Source: Kineococcus radiotolerans SRS30216 = ATCC BAA-149
GTDB taxonomy: Bacteria; Actinomycetota; Actinomycetes; Actinomycetales; Kineococcaceae
Direction: 5' to 3'
NCBI RefSeq assembly: GCF_000017305.1
Contig: NC_009664.2
Span: 2,970,001 to 3,002,000, forward strand
DNA length: 32,000 bases
Below the pieces are notes generated by a model, which was not told the DNA's origin, searched no databases, and saw only the letters and a program-made list of their open reading frames with translations. Shown here in pieces: positions 1-7,659 of the stretch. The number at the start of each line of letters is the position of its first letter. Position 1 is the stretch's first letter. The position numbers and the translations under genes were made by a program.

Positions 1-334
1 AGCCGTGCCGGGCGTCGAGCCCGACGACGACCCGGGGCCGCTCCAGCCGCCCGGTCAGCCACGCGCCCAGGCCCGCGGCGGCGCGCTGCACCACGGCCCG
101 GTTCATCCGGTGCTCCCCGGCGGCGACCACGCCGCGCAACCCCGCGGTGCCGAACTCCAGCGGCCCGCTGAACCGGTCGGCGAGCTCGGCCCCGGCGGGG
201 CCGTCCCCGGCCTGCGCGGCGCTCAGCAGCGCCGTCAGCTCGGCGCGGTCGCGGGGGTCGGGATCGTCCTCGATCCAGGTCCGGACGCGGTCGTGCAGGT
301 CCTCGGGCGGGGTCGGCGACGGGGCGGTGCTCAT
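1..334 (-). CDS. alpha-D-phosphohexomutase family protein (phosphomannomutase/phosphoglucomutase-like); N-terminal 111 codons, continues past the left edge
   Basis: My own translation of the reverse complement from ATG at 334..332 gives MSTAPSPTPPEDLHDRVRTWIEDDPDPRDRAELTALL...GPLEFGTAGLRGVVAAGEHRMNRAVVQRAAAGLGAWL...VVVGLDARHG. The LEFGTAGLRG and VGxDxRH motifs are N-terminal hallmarks of phosphohexomutases. It is absent from the ORF track because the window edge truncates it. It neighbours a purine nucleoside phosphorylase, as in the mycobacterial pmmB-deoD region. Confidence 0.7.
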   Translation of the reverse strand, partial: MSTAPSPTPPEDLHDRVRTWIEDDPDPRDRAELTALLSAAQAGDGPAGAELADRFSGPLEFGTAGLRGVVAAGEHRMNRAVVQRAAAGLGAWLTGRLERPRVVVGLDARHG

Positions 335-340
335 GCCCGG

Positions 341-346
341 AGCCTA
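341..346 (-). promoter_or_regulatory. -10-like hexamer TAGGCT, 6 nt upstream of the phosphohexomutase ATG (leaderless candidate)
   Basis: The minus strand reads TAGGCT-ccgggc-ATG. There is no Shine-Dalgarno sequence. It is one of 12 genes in the window with TANNNT at 6-8 nt. Confidence 0.4.
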
Positions 347-372
347 CGAGGGGCGCGTGCGACGATGCTGCG

Positions 373-1407
373 GTGAGCACCCCCGTCGTCGTCCTCGCCG
401 GGTTCCTCGGGGCGGGCAAGACCACGGTCCTCAACCAGCTGCTGCGCTCGGCCACCGACGTCCGCCTCGGGGTGGTCGTCAACGACTTCGGCGCCGTCGG
501 CATCGACGCGCTGCTCGTCGCCGGCTGGGCCGACAGCGCGGTGTCGCTGGAGAACGGCTGCCTGTGCTGCTCCACCGACGACGGCAGCGTCGACGAGCTG
601 CTGGCCCGCCTGACCGCCCCGCGCCGCGGGCCGGGGCTGGACGCGGTCGTCATCGAGGCCAGCGGCGTCGCCGACCCCGCCGCGATGGTGCGCCGGGTGC
701 TGACCAGCTCGGTGCCGGGGGTGAGCTACGGCGGCCTCGTCGTCGTGGTCGACGCCGTCGAGTTCGCCGCCGCGCGCCGGCGCCACCCCGAGCTCGACGA
801 CCACGTCGCGATGGCCGACGTCGTGCTGCTGACCAAGACCGACCTGGTGGGCCCGGAGGAGGCGGCCCGCACGGCGGCGGCGTGCCGGGAGCTCAACGCG
901 TGGGCCCCGGTCGTGCCGGCGGCCCGGGGGCAGCTCGACGCGCGGCTGCTCTTCGAACCCCGCCCGCCCCGGCAGCGGCAGCTGGCGCTGGGGGAGGTGG
1001 TGGCCGGGCACCCCGACGGCCCCGACGGCCCCGACGGCCACGGCACCCACCTGCACGCCCTCTACGACACCCTCACCTTCCGCAGCGAGGACCCCCTCGA
1101 CCCGCGCCGCTTCGTGGAGTTCTTCCAGCGGCGCCCCTCCGGGGTGTTCCGCGTCAAGGGTTTCGTGCGCTTCGCCGTCCAGGGTTTCCCCCAGCGCTAC
1201 CTGCTGCACACCGTGGGCGCGGCGGTGCGCTTCGAGCGCGGGCCCTGGCCGCGCGGGGCGCCGCGCGTCACCGAACTCGTTCTCGTCGGGGCCGGCCTCG
1301 ACGCCGAGGGGTTGCGCACCGCCCTGCGAGCGTGCGTGCACGAGGGCCCGCCGCTGACCGACGAGATGGCGATGATGGGGGTCCTGCGCGACACCGAGGG
1401 CGCTTGA
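373..1407 (+). CDS. COG0523 / CobW-family G3E GTPase (putative metallochaperone)
   Basis: Walker A GFLGAGKTT, metal-binding ENGCLCCS (CxCC), LLTKTD G4-like motif, and a His-rich linker GHPDGPDGPDGHGTHLH. The CobW_C-like C-terminus carries FRVKGFVRF. GTG start. Confidence 0.9.
   Translation: MSTPVVVLAGFLGAGKTTVLNQLLRSATDVRLGVVVNDFGAVGIDALLVAGWADSAVSLENGCLCCSTDDGSVDELLARLTAPRRGPGLDAVVIEASGVADPAAMVRRVLTSSVPGVSYGGLVVVVDAVEFAAARRRHPELDDHVAMADVVLLTKTDLVGPEEAARTAAACRELNAWAPVVPAARGQLDARLLFEPRPPRQRQLALGEVVAGHPDGPDGPDGHGTHLHALYDTLTFRSEDPLDPRRFVEFFQRRPSGVFRVKGFVRFAVQGFPQRYLLHTVGAAVRFERGPWPRGAPRVTELVLVGAGLDAEGLRTALRACVHEGPPLTDEMAMMGVLRDTEGA
1011..1037 (+). repeat. perfect 9-bp tandem repeat x3 (ccccgacgg) encoding the (PDG)3 stretch in the His-rich linker of the COG0523 protein
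   Basis: Read directly from the sequence: ccccgacgg at 1011-1019, 1020-1028 and 1029-1037. Confidence 0.9.
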
Positions 1408-1647
1408 ACGTCGCACCACCGCGGCGACGTCGCCGCGCGGGCCCGTCCCGCGGTCCCGGGCCGGGTCGTGTCGGAGGGTGCTGCCACGCTGCCGGTGCGG
1501 GAGGGGGAACCGCCGAGGAGCCTGGCGGTCGCCCGGGGCAACGGGAACTCCCGGTGGCGCCCCGATGAGTTCCCGAGGCCGCCGGGGTCGGAACGTCGGA
1601 GCAGGAACCGGACGGAAAGAGGTGGGCGCGGTGGCAGTGGTCTCTCC

Positions 1648-1653
1648 TAGGGT
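1648..1653 (+). promoter_or_regulatory. -10-like hexamer TAGGGT, 7 nt upstream of GTG 1661 (leaderless candidate)
   Basis: Sequence cCTAGGGT-cggggac-GTG. The same octamer CCTAGGGT precedes the punA, kinase and DUF885 starts. Confidence 0.4.
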
Positions 1654-1660
1654 CGGGGAC

Positions 1661-2659
1661 GTGGCAGCGAACGGGACGTCGGGCAGGCCAGCGGTCCAGG
1701 CGCGTGGGCTGGTGAAGCGGTACGGGGACGTCACGGCGGTCGCCGGCGTCGACATCGACGTGCCCGAGGGCACCGTCCTGGCCCTCCTGGGCCCCAACGG
1801 AGCGGGCAAGACGACGACGGTGCGGATGCTGACGACGCTGCTCGTCCCCGACGAGGGGACGGCGACGGTCGACGGGATCGACGTCGTCGCCGACCCGCAG
1901 GAGGTCCGGCGCCGCATCGGCCTCTCCGGGCAGTACGCGGCGGTCGACGAGAACCTCACCGGTTTCGAGAACCTCGACATGGTGGGCCGGCTGTACCACC
2001 TGGGACGCCGGCGCTCGCGGGAGCGGGCGCGGGAGCTGCTGGCGCAGTTCCGCCTCACCGACGCCGCCGACCGGGTCGCCAAGACCTACTCCGGGGGCAT
2101 GCGCCGCCGCCTCGACCTCGCCGGCGCCCTCGTCGCGCAGCCGCCGGTGCTGTTCCTGGACGAGCCCACGACGGGGCTGGACCCCCGCTCGCGCAACGAC
2201 ATGTGGGAACTGCTCACGGGCATGGTGCAGGGCGGCACCACCCTGCTGCTCACCACCCAGTACCTCGAGGAGGCCGAGCGCCTCGCCGACGACATCGTCG
2301 TCATCGACCACGGCCGCGTCATCGCCCGCGGCACCGCCGACGAGCTGAAGACCCAGGTCGGGGGCCAGCGCGTCGAGCTCGTCGTCGCCGCCGACGCCGA
2401 GGTGGACACCGCGCTGCGGTGCCTGGGACCGATCGCCGTGGGGGAGCTGCAGGTCGACCGCCGCGCCCGCCGCGTCACGGTGCCGGTCAGCGGCGGGACC
2501 CCCGCCCTCGTCGACGCGCTGCGCCGCCTCGAGGAGGCCGGGGTCGTTCCGCTGGACGCGGGGCTGCGCCGCCCGACGATGGACGACGTCTTCCTCACCC
2601 TCACCGGCAAGCCCGCCGACGAGGTCGCCGCGACCGAGCACGAGGAGCAGGACGCATGA
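1661..2659 (+). CDS. ABC transporter ATP-binding protein, DrrA/daunorubicin-resistance-like
   Basis: Walker A GPNGAGKTTT, signature YSGGMRRRL, Walker B VLFLDEPTTGLD, and a C-terminal DrrA-type domain. The ORF is open from 1478 but the upstream part is Arg/Gly-rich junk. I chose GTG 1661 because of the TAGGGT-7 nt pattern. GTG 1631, preceded by GAAAGAGG, is an alternative start. Confidence 0.9.
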   Translation: MAANGTSGRPAVQARGLVKRYGDVTAVAGVDIDVPEGTVLALLGPNGAGKTTTVRMLTTLLVPDEGTATVDGIDVVADPQEVRRRIGLSGQYAAVDENLTGFENLDMVGRLYHLGRRRSRERARELLAQFRLTDAADRVAKTYSGGMRRRLDLAGALVAQPPVLFLDEPTTGLDPRSRNDMWELLTGMVQGGTTLLLTTQYLEEAERLADDIVVIDHGRVIARGTADELKTQVGGQRVELVVAADAEVDTALRCLGPIAVGELQVDRRARRVTVPVSGGTPALVDALRRLEEAGVVPLDAGLRRPTMDDVFLTLTGKPADEVAATEHEEQDA

Positions 2660-3456
2660 GTTCCCTCGCCGTGGCGCTGGCCGACGGTTCCGTCGTCGCC
2701 AAGCGCAACCTCATCAAGATCAAGCGCATCCCCGACCTGCTCGTCGGCACCCTCATCTCCCCGATCATGTTCATCCTGCTGTTCGGGTACGTGTTCGGCG
2801 GGGCCATCGAGGTCCCGGGCGTCAACTACCGCGAGTTCCTCGTCCCCGGCATCTTCGCCCAGACCGTCATCTTCGGGGCGACGATCACCGGCGCCGGGCT
2901 CGCCGACGACATGCAGAAGGGCATCATCGAGCGGTTCCGCTCGCTGCCGATGGCCCAGTCGGCCGTCCTGGTGGGACGCACCTCCTCCGACGTCGTCACG
3001 AACGTCATCGTCACCGTCATCATGTCCCTCACCGGCCTCGTCATCGGCTGGCGGATCCGGACCTCCGTGCTCGACGCCGTCATCGGGTACGGGTTGCTGC
3101 TGCTCTTCGCCTACGCGATCTCCTGGTGCATGGCCCTGCTCGGGCTGCTCATCCGCACCCCGGAGGCGTTCAACAACCTCACGTTCATCACGATCTTCCC
3201 CATCACGTTCCTCACCAACGGGTTCGTGCCCATCGAGAGCTACCCCTCGGTGCTGCGGCACATCGCCGAGTGGAACCCGGTGTCGACGCTGGTGCAGTCC
3301 GCCCGGGAACGGTTCGGCAACGTCGGGCCGGGGCCGGAACCCTCCTCGTGGGCGCTGCAGCACGCCGAGCTCTACACCCTGGGCTGGATCGTCGTGATCC
3401 TCGTGGTGTTCGTGCCGCTGGCGACCCGCCAGTACCAGCGGGCCGCCGCCCGCTGA
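2656..3456 (+). CDS. ABC-2 type transporter permease (DrrB-like)
   Basis: ATG 2656 overlaps the upstream stop (ATGA). MSSLAVALADGSVVAKRNLIKIKRIPDLLVGTLISPIMFILLFGYVFGG is followed by six hydrophobic segments, typical of the ABC-2 family. The longer 2203 ORF is an Arg-rich artefact. Confidence 0.9.
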   Translation: MSSLAVALADGSVVAKRNLIKIKRIPDLLVGTLISPIMFILLFGYVFGGAIEVPGVNYREFLVPGIFAQTVIFGATITGAGLADDMQKGIIERFRSLPMAQSAVLVGRTSSDVVTNVIVTVIMSLTGLVIGWRIRTSVLDAVIGYGLLLLFAYAISWCMALLGLLIRTPEAFNNLTFITIFPITFLTNGFVPIESYPSVLRHIAEWNPVSTLVQSARERFGNVGPGPEPSSWALQHAELYTLGWIVVILVVFVPLATRQYQRAAAR

Positions 3457-3498
3457 ACCACCGCGCCGATCCCCCCGGCCCGGGGCAGGATCCTCCCC

Positions 3499-3852
3499 GT
3501 GAGCTGGTACGCGGGGAACGCCGACCTCGACGGGGCCGACGACGGGGGGTGGTTCTTCGGGCGCTTCATGGCCGGCCGGGTCCCCGCGTTGACCAGCGAC
3601 GAGGTGGAGGTCAAGTGGGCCCGGCTGGCCCCGGGTTCGCGCGACGACCGCTGGAGCGGCCCGGAACCGCAGACCTCCCTGGTCGTGCTCGTCTCCGGGT
3701 CGCAGCGGCTGGTCTTCCGCGAGGGGGAGGCCCACCTGTGCCGGCCCGGGGACTACGTCGTCTGGTTCCCCGGCGACGAGCACACCTGGCAGTCCTCGGA
3801 GACCGAGGAGACGACGACCATCACGGTCCGCTGGCCCTCCGCGGTGGAGTGA
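3499..3852 (+). CDS. small cupin-fold protein (hypothetical)
   Basis: 117 aa with a beta-rich pattern (SLVVLVSGSQRLVF...GDYVVWFPGDEHTW...ITVRWP) resembling single-domain cupins. GTG start, no clear SD. High GC3 frame. Confidence 0.55.
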   Translation: MSWYAGNADLDGADDGGWFFGRFMAGRVPALTSDEVEVKWARLAPGSRDDRWSGPEPQTSLVVLVSGSQRLVFREGEAHLCRPGDYVVWFPGDEHTWQSSETEETTTITVRWPSAVE

Positions 3853-3873
3853 CCGGCGCCGGCCCCGCCGTGC

Positions 3874-4704
3874 TCAGAGGAGCGGGACGATCCCGGCCAG
3901 CAGGTCCGCGCACCGCCCGGCGGCGTCGCGGCCGGCCTCCAGCACCTCCTCGTGCGACAGCGGCCGGTCCGAGACCCCCGCGGCGAGGTTGGTGACCAGG
4001 GAGAACCCGAGGACCTCCAGGCCCACGTGCCGCGCGGCGACGGCCTCCAGCGCGGTGGACATCCCGACCAGCGAGGCACCCAGCACCCCGGCCATCCGGA
4101 CCTCGGCCGGCGTCTCGTACTGCGGACCGCGGAACTGGGCGTAGACGCCCTCGGCCAGGTCCGGGTCGACCGTGCGGGCGAGCCCGCGCAGCCGGGTCGA
4201 GTACAGGTCGGTCACGTCGACGAACGTCGCGCCCTCCAGGGGCGAGGCGCCGGTGAGGTTGAGGTGGTCCGAGATCAGCACCGGCGACCCCGGTGGCACC
4301 GCCGGGTCGAGCCCGCCGCAGCCGTTGGTGAGCACGATCGTCCGGCAGCCCGCCGCCGCGGCCACCCGCACGCCGTGCGCGACGGCCCGCACACCGTGCC
4401 CCTCGTAGAAGTGCGACCGCGGCAGCACCAGCGCGCGCAACGGGTCCGACCCCGGCCGCGGGACCGCGATCGAGCGGACGGTGCCCGCGTGCCCGACCAC
4501 GGCCGGGGGCAGGAAGCCGGGCAGGTCGGTGGCCGGCAGTGCGGCGACGGTCTCCCCCAGGCGGTCCGCCGCCGCGGCCCAGCCCGAGCCCAGGACCAGG
4601 GCCACGTCGTGGCGGGCGACACCGCTCAGCTCGGCCAGCCGGGCGGCGGACTCCGCCGCCAGGGTGAAGGGGTCGCGGGCGTCGGGGGCAGCGGGCGAGG
4701 TCAC
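3874..4704 (-). CDS. punA: purine nucleoside phosphorylase (PNP family 2-type, PunA/DeoD of actinobacteria)
   Basis: VALVLGSGW...GHAG...FYEGH...LTNGCGG...VGMSTALEAVAARH...VTNLAAG are classic trimeric PNP motifs. GTG start at 4704. Confidence 0.9.
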   Translation of the reverse strand: MTSPAAPDARDPFTLAAESAARLAELSGVARHDVALVLGSGWAAAADRLGETVAALPATDLPGFLPPAVVGHAGTVRSIAVPRPGSDPLRALVLPRSHFYEGHGVRAVAHGVRVAAAAGCRTIVLTNGCGGLDPAVPPGSPVLISDHLNLTGASPLEGATFVDVTDLYSTRLRGLARTVDPDLAEGVYAQFRGPQYETPAEVRMAGVLGASLVGMSTALEAVAARHVGLEVLGFSLVTNLAAGVSDRPLSHEEVLEAGRDAAGRCADLLAGIVPLL

Positions 4705-4710
4705 CGGGTC

Positions 4711-4716
4711 ACCCTA
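4711..4716 (-). promoter_or_regulatory. -10-like hexamer TAGGGT, 6 nt upstream of the punA GTG (leaderless candidate)
   Basis: The minus strand reads ccCTAGGGT-gacccg-GTG. It lies inside the 10-bp palindrome ACCCTAGGGT (4711-4720) that overlaps the stop of the upstream GGCT gene. Confidence 0.4.
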
Positions 4717-4719
4717 GGG

Positions 4720-5172
4720 TCAGGCGTCGTTGGAGCGGCACGGGCGCGCGCGCAGGCTCAGCACGTAGTCGTGGGGCGCGCCGCCGGCCTCCGCCGCGTC
4801 GGCCAGGCCCCCCAGGTAGCGGGCGGTGGGCAGCCCGCCCTCGTAGTCGTCGAGGACGTAGGTCCAGGCCACCACGTCGCCGTCGAGGGTCTTCACCCGG
4901 ACGCGGACCTTGCGGAACAGGCCGACGTCCACGCCCTCCGAGGCGTCGAGGCGGACCTCGTCGGCCTCGGTCACGTCGTAGAGCGCGACGTAGACCTGGT
5001 CCCCGGGCGCCTCCACCACCGTGGCCAGCGGCCCCTGCCAGCTGCGGTCCTCCCCGCCGAAGGTCAGCCGCCAGTCCGGCAGCCACCCCGTGGAGCGCAG
5101 CGGGGAGTGCGGAGCCTTCCGCACCATGGCTTCGGGATCGAGGTTGGACGCGTACGCGGCGTAGGCGGGCAC
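4720..5172 (-). CDS. gamma-glutamylcyclotransferase (GGCT/AIG2-like) family protein
   Basis: N-terminal AAYASNLDPEAMVRKAP matches the YGSNL..M...P motif of GGCT-like proteins. 150 aa. GTG start. Confidence 0.75.
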   Translation of the reverse strand: MPAYAAYASNLDPEAMVRKAPHSPLRSTGWLPDWRLTFGGEDRSWQGPLATVVEAPGDQVYVALYDVTEADEVRLDASEGVDVGLFRKVRVRVKTLDGDVVAWTYVLDDYEGGLPTARYLGGLADAAEAGGAPHDYVLSLRARPCRSNDA

Positions 5173-5180
5173 GGAGGGAA

Positions 5181-5186
5181 AGGGTA
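5181..5186 (-). promoter_or_regulatory. -10-like hexamer TACCCT, 8 nt upstream of the GGCT GTG (leaderless candidate)
   Basis: The minus strand reads TACCCT-ttccctcc-GTG. Only 29 bp separate this start from the divergent lpdA-like start. Confidence 0.35.
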
Positions 5187-5201
5187 GGGGAGCATGGAGC
5201 G

Positions 5202-6641
5202 GTGAGTCCCACCAGTGCGTCCCCGAAGGCCCAGGCCACCCGCGTCGCGATCCTCGGCGGGGGCCCCGGCGGCTACGAAGCAGCCCTCGTCGCGGCCCAG
5301 CTGGGGGCCGACGTCACCGTCGTCGAGCGCGACGGCCTCGGCGGCTCCACCGTGCTGACCGACGTCGTCCCCTCCAAGACCCTCATCGCCACCGCCGAGC
5401 TGATGTCCACCGTCGGCGGCTCCGCCGAGCTCGGCGTCCGCTTCCCCGGCGGCCCCACCCCCGACGCCGAACCGCGCGGCGCGGTGACCGTCGACCTCGC
5501 CCGCGTCAACGAGCGCGTCAAGGCGCTGGCCGCCGCGCAGTCCGGTGACGTGCGGGCCCGCCTGGAGAAGGAGGGCGTGCGCCTCCTGTCCGGGCGCGGC
5601 GCCCTCGACGGCCCCCAGGCCGTCGTCGTCACCGACGGCGAGGACGAGGGGGCGCGCGTGGAGGCCGACATCGTGCTCCTCAGCACCGGCTCCAGCCCCC
5701 GCACCCTGCCCGACGCCCAGCCCGACGGGGAGCGGATCCTGACCTGGAAGCAGGTCTACGACATGACCGAGCTGCCCGAGCACCTGATCGTCGTCGGCTC
5801 CGGGGTGACGGGCGCGGAGTTCGCCAACGCCTACGACGCCCTCGGCGCGCACGTCACCCTCGTCTCCTCCCGCGACCGCGTGCTGCCCGGGGAGGACGCC
5901 GACGCCGCCGAGGTCCTCGAGGGCGTCTTCCGCCGCCGCGGCATGGACGTCCTGTCGCGCTCGCGGGCCGAGAAGGTCGAGCGCCACGGCGACACCGTGA
6001 CCGTCACCCTGTCCGACGGGCGCACCGTCGAGGGCTCGCACTGCATCGTCGCCGTCGGCGCGATCCCCAACACCGCCGGGATCGGGCTGGAGGAGGCGGG
6101 GGTGTGGACCTCCGACTCCGGTCACGTCGACGTCGACAAGGTGTCGCGGACCTCCGCGCGCGGGGTCTACGCCGCCGGCGACTGCACCGGGGTGTTCCCC
6201 CTCGCCTCGGTCGCGGCCATGCAGGGCCGCATCGCGATGTGGCACGCCCTCGGCGACAGCGTCGGCCCGCTGAAGCTGCGCTCGGTGTCCTCGACCGTCT
6301 TCACCTCCCCGGAGATCGCGACGGTCGGCTGGACCCAGGCCCAGATCGACTCCGGCGAGGCGCAGGGCGAGATCGTCAAGCTCCCGCTGTCCACCAACGC
6401 CCGGGCCAAGATGCTCGGCATCCACGACGGCTTCGTGAAGCTGTTCTGCCGCAAGGGTTCCGGCACCGTCATCGGTGGGGTCGTCGTCGCCCCCCGGGCG
6501 AGTGAGCTCATCTTCCCGGTGACGCTGGCGGTGGAGAAGCGGCTCAACGTCGACGACGTCGCGCACGCGTTCACCGTCTACCCCTCGCTGTCGGGCTCGC
6601 TCGCCGAGGCCGCCCGGCAGCTGCACGTCATGGCGGAGTGA
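5202..6641 (+). CDS. lpdA: pyridine nucleotide-disulfide oxidoreductase family flavoprotein, LpdA-type NAD(P)H:quinone reductase-like (lacks the redox-active disulfide)
   Basis: FAD-binding motif VAILGGGPGGYEAA, NAD-binding motif VVGSGVTGAEFA, and a C-terminal dimerisation domain. The position of the lipoamide dehydrogenase CxxxxC motif reads GGSTVLTDVVPSK, with no Cys. Confidence 0.85.
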   Translation: MSPTSASPKAQATRVAILGGGPGGYEAALVAAQLGADVTVVERDGLGGSTVLTDVVPSKTLIATAELMSTVGGSAELGVRFPGGPTPDAEPRGAVTVDLARVNERVKALAAAQSGDVRARLEKEGVRLLSGRGALDGPQAVVVTDGEDEGARVEADIVLLSTGSSPRTLPDAQPDGERILTWKQVYDMTELPEHLIVVGSGVTGAEFANAYDALGAHVTLVSSRDRVLPGEDADAAEVLEGVFRRRGMDVLSRSRAEKVERHGDTVTVTLSDGRTVEGSHCIVAVGAIPNTAGIGLEEAGVWTSDSGHVDVDKVSRTSARGVYAAGDCTGVFPLASVAAMQGRIAMWHALGDSVGPLKLRSVSSTVFTSPEIATVGWTQAQIDSGEAQGEIVKLPLSTNARAKMLGIHDGFVKLFCRKGSGTVIGGVVVAPRASELIFPVTLAVEKRLNVDDVAHAFTVYPSLSGSLAEAARQLHVMAE

Positions 6642-6678
6642 CCGACCACGACGGCCAGGGGCCGGGCGGGGGCCGGGG

Positions 6679-7515
6679 TCAGCAGGGTTCGAGGGGGACC
6701 CCCACCGGCCCGCCGTCGCGGGTGAAGCTCGTGCAGCGGACCGCCAGGACGTCCCCCTCCAGCAGGTACGCGCTGACGTGCCGGGCGTTCCACACGAACC
6801 GCGACCCCTCGACCACCGCGGAGCACTGCGACACGTCGAGACCGGTCCCGTTGCGCTGCACCGTCGTCCCGGTCACGCTGACGTCGGCGTCCTGGTCGCA
6901 GCCGATGCCCGTCCCGTTGGAGCGCACCAGGCTCTCGCGCACCGCGAAGCCGCCGTCGGCGTTGGCGAAGCCGTGCAGGCCCCGCTCGTTGCGCTCCACG
7001 GTGGAGCGCTCGACGAGGAGGCGGGAACCGACGTAGGCCGAGCCGCCCCAGCCGTTGCCGTCGAGGCGGCTGCCGCGCACCGCGAGGTCCCCGGCGACCC
7101 GGGCCTCGACCCCCTTGCGGTTCCCGTCCAGCCGCACCTCGCGCACCGTCCCGGACACCGGCCGCGGTTCGCCCGGCTGGTCGACCTCGCTCCCGGCGGA
7201 CACCCCGACCCCCCAGCCGCTGATCCGGCCGTTGCGGACCACGACGCCCTCGGCGGCGACCTCGACCCCGGTGGGGCCGAAGCGCAGCCCCGGCCCGACC
7301 AGCCGGTGGCCGTTGAGGTTCAGCTCCACCCCGTCGGCGGCCAGCACGATCCCGGGGCCGCCCGGGCAGACGACGTCGGCGGCGAGCCGGACGTCGGCGG
7401 TGAGGACCGCCCCGCAGGGGACGACGCTCGCGCGGGGGACGGCCGCGACCGCGGGACCTCCCCCGCCGAGGGACGTGAGGGCGAGCAGGGCACCGGCCGC
7501 GGCTGCTGCGCGCAC
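6679..7515 (-). CDS. secreted right-handed parallel beta-helix repeat protein (NosD/CASH-like)
   Basis: Signal-like N-terminus VRAAAAAGALLALTSLGGGGPAVAAVP, then about 22-aa repeats (V.V.N..I.G...G..). I chose GTG 7515 because GGAGG lies 8 nt upstream. The ORF is open to 7599. Confidence 0.75.
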   Translation of the reverse strand: MRAAAAAGALLALTSLGGGGPAVAAVPRASVVPCGAVLTADVRLAADVVCPGGPGIVLAADGVELNLNGHRLVGPGLRFGPTGVEVAAEGVVVRNGRISGWGVGVSAGSEVDQPGEPRPVSGTVREVRLDGNRKGVEARVAGDLAVRGSRLDGNGWGGSAYVGSRLLVERSTVERNERGLHGFANADGGFAVRESLVRSNGTGIGCDQDADVSVTGTTVQRNGTGLDVSQCSAVVEGSRFVWNARHVSAYLLEGDVLAVRCTSFTRDGGPVGVPLEPC

Positions 7516-7646
7516 GGGAACCACCTCCGTCGGTGACGCCGTCGTCGTCACCAACGGTAGTCCTGCGCGGACCGGAGGGGAAGGTGGGGACAACCCCACC
7601 CCCGACCGGGGAGATCACCCGGTGTCGGCGGGGTGGCTGCCTTCCC

Positions 7647-7652
7647 TAGGGT
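7647..7652 (+). promoter_or_regulatory. -10-like hexamer TAGGGT, 7 nt upstream of the kinase ATG 7660 (leaderless candidate)
   Basis: Sequence cCCTAGGGT-cgtcggc-ATG, with no SD. Confidence 0.4.
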
Positions 7653-7659
7653 CGTCGGC

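Noticed and set aside
335-372. A Zur box in front of the COG0523 gene.
   Set aside because: The 38-bp region has no AT-rich palindrome. Only a -10-like TAGGCT for the divergent gene is visible.
1468-1650. A 60-aa plus-strand ORF in the COG0523/ABC intergenic gap.
   Set aside because: The product is Arg/Gly-rich with no hydrophobic core. GC3 is about 80%, against roughly 95% in the neighbouring genes. It uses many codons that look rare here (aga, agg, gaa, ggt, agt). There is no SD.
1646-1653. CUAGGGU, the 5' core of the ykkC/guanidine-I riboswitch, seen here and at 4713, 7645 and 15429.
   Set aside because: Each copy lies only 6-7 nt from a start codon, with none of the rest of the roughly 100-nt motif. 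The position fits a -10 promoter element, not a riboswitch.
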